Shown here: positions 60,040 to 64,000 of the stretch, piece by piece
Layout: every line of letters starts with the position of its first letter
Position numbering within the stretch: position 1 is the first letter of the stretch
NCBI RefSeq assembly: GCF_009914755.1
Contig: NC_060928.1
Reading direction: 5' to 3' (one strand)
From: the human T2T-CHM13v2.0 reference genome, Homo sapiens
DNA: 64,000 nucleotides
Notes under the pieces: model-generated
What the model was told of the DNA's origin: nothing
The model's input: the letters and a program-made list of their open reading frames with translations, nothing else
The model's database searches: none
Program-made: the position numbers and the translations under genes

Positions 60040-60245
60040 TACAGTATTGACAAAAGAGAATGGGCTTTGGGTCCACACCTGTATGGATTTAAGTCTCAGC
60101 TCTGTCACAGCTGCATGATCATGTGCAGATTACTTTGCATCTGGATTTCCTTACCTGCAAAATAGCAGTAATTTTACACAATATTTTAGAAATGATTAAA
60201 AGAGAGCATTAGAGCATAGACTGTGAGTCATATTGAGTGTTCAGT
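60040..60245 (+). mobile_element. MIR
   Basis: AAGAGAATGGGCTTTGG...CTCAGCTCTGTCAC...TTTCCTTACCTGCAAAATAG...GATTAAAAGAGA. Confidence 0.65.
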
Positions 60246-60414
60246 GTTATACAATTTTTTTTTAGTCTTCAGATAATTTTGGCATTGTTTTGCTGCTAGA
60301 GAGATTGCCAAAAGATCAGAGTGGTGTGTAGTACATGAACAGTTTCCAAGAGAAAAGCCTTATATTGCATGGTCTCTTCTTTGTCTTTTTTCCACCTATC
60401 AGGCACACATCTAT

Positions 60415-60885
60415 TTGTTTTTTTTTTTGGCATTAAAATTATGAAATATTCAAACATAAAGTATAACAATTAAAACAATATATGTCTATGATCATCCACA
60501 CATAGCTTGAACAATTCTTAGCATTCTGTCATAATCATATCAGTTGTTCATGTTAAAGAAATAAACTATTTTAGATTTGGTTAAAACCTTCTGTGTCTCT
60601 TCCCTAATGTCATTTATCTGTCTCCCTTTCCAGAGATGTAACCTTGCTGAATTCGCTCTTGATCATTCCTATTTATATATTTTTACTTTTACTCTACATG
60701 TGTATTTCTATATAAAACATAAGACTTTATTCTGCATATTTTAAACTACATATATGTAATATACTGAATGTATTTTACAACTTGCCATTTTGTTTAACAT
60801 TTTTTGTTGGATTTATCACATGTGCCATATCATGTTGTTTTGTTTTGTGCATTTCTATTGCAGCATAGTATGCCATTGTATGAAT
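60415..60885 (-). mobile_element. Old L1M (L1ME-like) 3' fragment
   Basis: TATGAAATATTCAAACATA...CCAGAGATGTAACC...TTGCAGCATAGTATGCCATTGTATGAAT. Confidence 0.65.
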
Positions 60886-61020
60886 GTGTTGCAGTAATAG
60901 TGCAGTTGGAAGACCAAGTGGAGTGGATGATTCTAGTCTAACCCAAGGACAAAATCTGATTCAACTCATTAATGAACTAAACACAGCAGCTTGCTTCAGT
61001 GATACCTTGGGATACCAGGC

Positions 61021-62411
61021 ACAGCTCCACCTGTTCTGTGAAGACAAGGGGCAGCTCATCTGCTGGCACTGTGAGCGGGCACCGCAGCACAAAGGGCACA
61101 CCACAGCTCTTGTTGAAGACGTATGCCAGGGCTACAAGGAAAAGCTCCAGAAAGCTGTGACAAAATTGAGGCAACTTGAAGAGGAGTGCACAGAGCAGAA
61201 GGTGTTCACAGCAATGCACATAACTAAATGGACAATAAGTACAGAGTTTATTTCGGCCAAGTTTGAGGACTGCAACTCAAAAGCAAAGATTTAAGTTGCC
61301 CAGATTATACACTCTCACTGCATGAATTTAGACAGCAATAATGGAAATTGCAATTTTATATCTCCTCATGAGAAGACACAAATTCAGAGACAAAAAAATC
61401 GTTTGACTTTAAGAATCTCCAGAGTTTCCTACATGAGGAGAAGAAGTCTTATCCCTGGAGACAGGAGAAGGAAGAACGATAGACTCTGAATAGACTGAGG
61501 GACCATGGGACCAGTCTGGGGCTGAATTCAAGAGCCACATGCTGGAACTGGAGGAAAAATGTCGGGGCTCAGCCCAAAAATTGCTGCAGAATGTGAATGA
61601 TACTGTGGGCAGGAGTTGGACTGTGAAGCTGGAAACATCAGAGGCCTTCTCCTTAGAGCTTCATACTATGTGCAACATTTTTGAGCTTTATTTCCTGTAA
61701 TGTGAAGAAAATGTTAAGGAGCCATCAAGAGATGGGGTTTTGTCATGTTGCCCAGGCTGGTTTCAAACTCTCGCACTCAAGTGATCCACCTGCCTTAGCC
61801 TCCTACAGTACCGGGATTACAGTCAACATGACTCTGGATCCAGATACAGCTCATAGTGAACTAATTCTGTATGAGGATTGGAGAAAAGTGACTTGTGGAT
61901 ATCCCCAGGACCATCACAGCACTTCTTCCAGGAGATTTAGTGCCTTCCCCTGTGTCCTGGGTTGTGAGGGCTTCACCTCTCAGGAAGATGCTCCTTCAAA
62001 ATGGATGCTGGAAAACGAACCAGGTGGGATTTAGGAGTTTGTATGGCAATATGCAGAGGTGCACTGACATGAAGCAAGAGCCTCAGTCTGGATTCTGGAA
62101 CCTCAGACTATGCCAAAAGAAAGGCTATGTAGCCCTTACATCTCCCTTAACTTCCCTTCATATGTGTGAGCAGCCCTTGGTTGTGGGAGTGTTTCTGGAC
62201 TCTGAGGCTGGAGTTGTATCCTTTTACAACATGAGTACTGGCTACCACATCTTCACCTTCCCAAAGGCTTCCTTCTCTGATACTATCCGGCCCTATTTCC
62301 AGGTTTATCAATATTCTCCTTTGTTCCTGCCTCCCCCAGATGGTTAAGGAAAAGAGCAAAGTCTCATTGGTTTAACCATCACAGAGAATATAATGTAAAT
62401 CCCATAAGGGC
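61021..62411 (+). pseudogene. TRIM38: Processed pseudogene (retrocopy) of TRIM38: partial B-box, coiled coil, PRY-SPRY and start of 3'UTR; RING absent
   Basis: Peptides [68 protein letters not shown] and [31 protein letters not shown] closely match human TRIM38 as I recall it. No introns at the expected junctions (GYK|EKL, LLQ|NVNDT). Stops at 61292 (TAA) and 61480 (TAG) plus several frameshifts. The symbol names the parent gene, not this locus. Confidence 0.93.
61730..61822 (-). mobile_element. 93-nt antisense Alu left-arm piece inside the TRIM38 retrocopy (exonised Alu)
   Basis: AGATGGGGTTTTGTCATGTTGCCCAGGCTGG...GGGATTACAG; no tail and no TSD. Confidence 0.9.
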
Positions 62412-63677
62412 CAATATATATATATTGCATGCAAAATAGCCTGTATCTGGCTTTTTAGAATATGACTGATAAATGGCTCTTGTAAGTTTTTCATTAAACA
62501 ATTTAAAGATGAATCCACCAAAGTTCACTACTTAAAGGAAATGTATAAATGTGATTTTCTAGATCAACTTCTTGTTTTCTCTCTTGATTTGCAATAGATT
62601 AAGAGTAAATAATGTTATAATTTTATGTTGTTTCATAGGTTCAACAACCTTTCATATATCTTTATTGGGCAAGTAGTAAGTTGAAAGTAAATGTTTGTTG
62701 AAATTAAATTTGACTCATACAATAACTCTAGGAGGTAAGAGATATTATCTCTGCTTTCTATGGTATTATATTCAAAGTAGGCAAAGTTAGTTATAAATGC
62801 ATAAAAGCCTCAGTTTCATCTTTTAGTTAGATTCTAAGGATGTAGATACAGCAGTTGAACAACTGGGAAAACTGTGAAAACACCTTCAGTAGAAGAGTCT
62901 GTCCTATTTAGACATTAGAATTGGATTTAAAGAGACCCTGGGATATGATTGATTGTCATTATGTTGAAAGGAATACTCAGCATTTTGCTCCAAGAGCTTT
63001 TTTTTTCCCCCTGTAAGATTTGGACCAAACATAAGTTACTTTCTCAGGGAATTCATGGGGAATGCTTTGAAGAGTTTCATCTCTTTAGTGTAAAACATTA
63101 TTTAACAAGAATTTGGCTTTGATCAATACTCTTTGAATAAGGATAGGTTATTACCCCAGTTCGTTTTTTTCTTTTATCAGTCCTTGTATTAAATTAGAAA
63201 TTACATTGGAAATCTCATTTTCTTGGGGAGGGGATCCTTGGAAAATGTCGAAGTGAGATTTAACTGTGTATTGTTTAGTTATTCATTTTAAGAGTGGTTT
63301 ATGAAAGATTTGTTAAAGTTTTTTCATTTTTCCTATTATAAGTGGTAATAAGAGAAAACCTTGGTAGTCATAGTTATGGCCACAATTATAGTGACACAAT
63401 TAGACTGGCTGACATTTACTTGATAATTTAATTCAATTATTGCCTTTTTAAACATATGTGTGATAGCTGCTAAGTATGGCTATAGAAAGTATGGCTATAA
63501 TTTTTGCTTGGGGTGATAAACAATTTATGTAGCAACAAAAAAGTTATAATTTTAGAAATCTTACTGATCCTTGGACCAGGAAAAGGGATTGTATTTTACG
63601 TGAGCGCTACCCAAATTATCTTGTCACATAGAATTGTGTTTTATAAATAAAATGCCCTTGTTAGTTATTTGTTGAAA

Positions 63678-63755
63678 GAAAGAGAAGGGAGGAAGGAAGG
63701 GAGGGAGGAAGGGCAGGAGGAAGACAGGAAGGAAGGAAGGAAGGAAGGAAGGAAG
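63678..63755. repeat. Purine-rich tract ending in (GGAA)7
   Basis: Seven consecutive GGAA at 63727-63754 preceded by degenerate GGAA/GGGA units. Confidence 0.92.
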
Positions 63756-63824
63756 AAAAATATCTTCTCAAATTTCAAATTGGGTAATAATAATACTGTA
63801 ATATAATGATTGAAAATACACGCT

Positions 63825-64000
63825 GGCCAGGTGTGGTGGCTCACATCTATAATCTCGGCACTTTGGGAGGCCTAGGCGGGTGGATCACTTGAGGTCAGGA
63901 GTGCATGACCAGCCTCACTAACATGGTGAAACCCTGTCTCTATTAAACAATACAAAAATTAGCCAGGCGTGTTGGCTCATGCCTGTAATCCCAGCTACTA
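63825..64000 (+). mobile_element. AluS, cut by window end
   Basis: GGCCAGGTGTGGTGGCTCAC...GGATCACTTGAGGTCAGGAG... Confidence 0.95.

Noticed and set aside
61895-62347. 150-aa ORF with an intact-looking SPRY C-terminus as a functional gene
   Set aside because: Its N-terminal third is out of frame relative to TRIM38 and the upstream region has stops and frameshifts.
60886-62440. Possible TSD for the TRIM38 retrocopy (TGTGTTGCAGTAATAG vs TATATTGCATGCAAAATAG)
   Set aside because: Too degenerate to call, and no clear poly-A remains.

Overview
AT-rich, repeat-dense primate genomic DNA, most likely human given an L1HS-type 3' end. I recognise no intact protein-coding gene. Most ORFs in the track are Alu, L1 or Tigger read-throughs or chance. 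The window is layered with Alu, L1, L2/MIR, MaLR/ERVL and DNA transposons (MER1, MER20, Tigger1/2/4, HSMAR2, hAT-Tip100). The only gene-derived feature is a disabled processed pseudogene of TRIM38 (~61.0-62.4 kb). It appears to be a fossil of an unusual splice isoform: two transposon-derived cassettes of 135 and 93 nt, both frame-preserving, sit at the parent's exon junctions, and the RING region is missing. Other notable structures: a cluster of short locally templated direct and inverted insertions (30.6-31.3 kb); a microhomology-joined deletion between two converging L1s (37.16 kb); an AluY-L1 fusion containing a ~50-bp L1HS-type mini-insertion (40.1 kb); and an unexplained 76-bp duplicated module (27.6/28.7 kb). 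Repeat names, subfamilies and TRIM38 identity come from recalled sequences, not a database search. Boundaries of old repeats are approximate.
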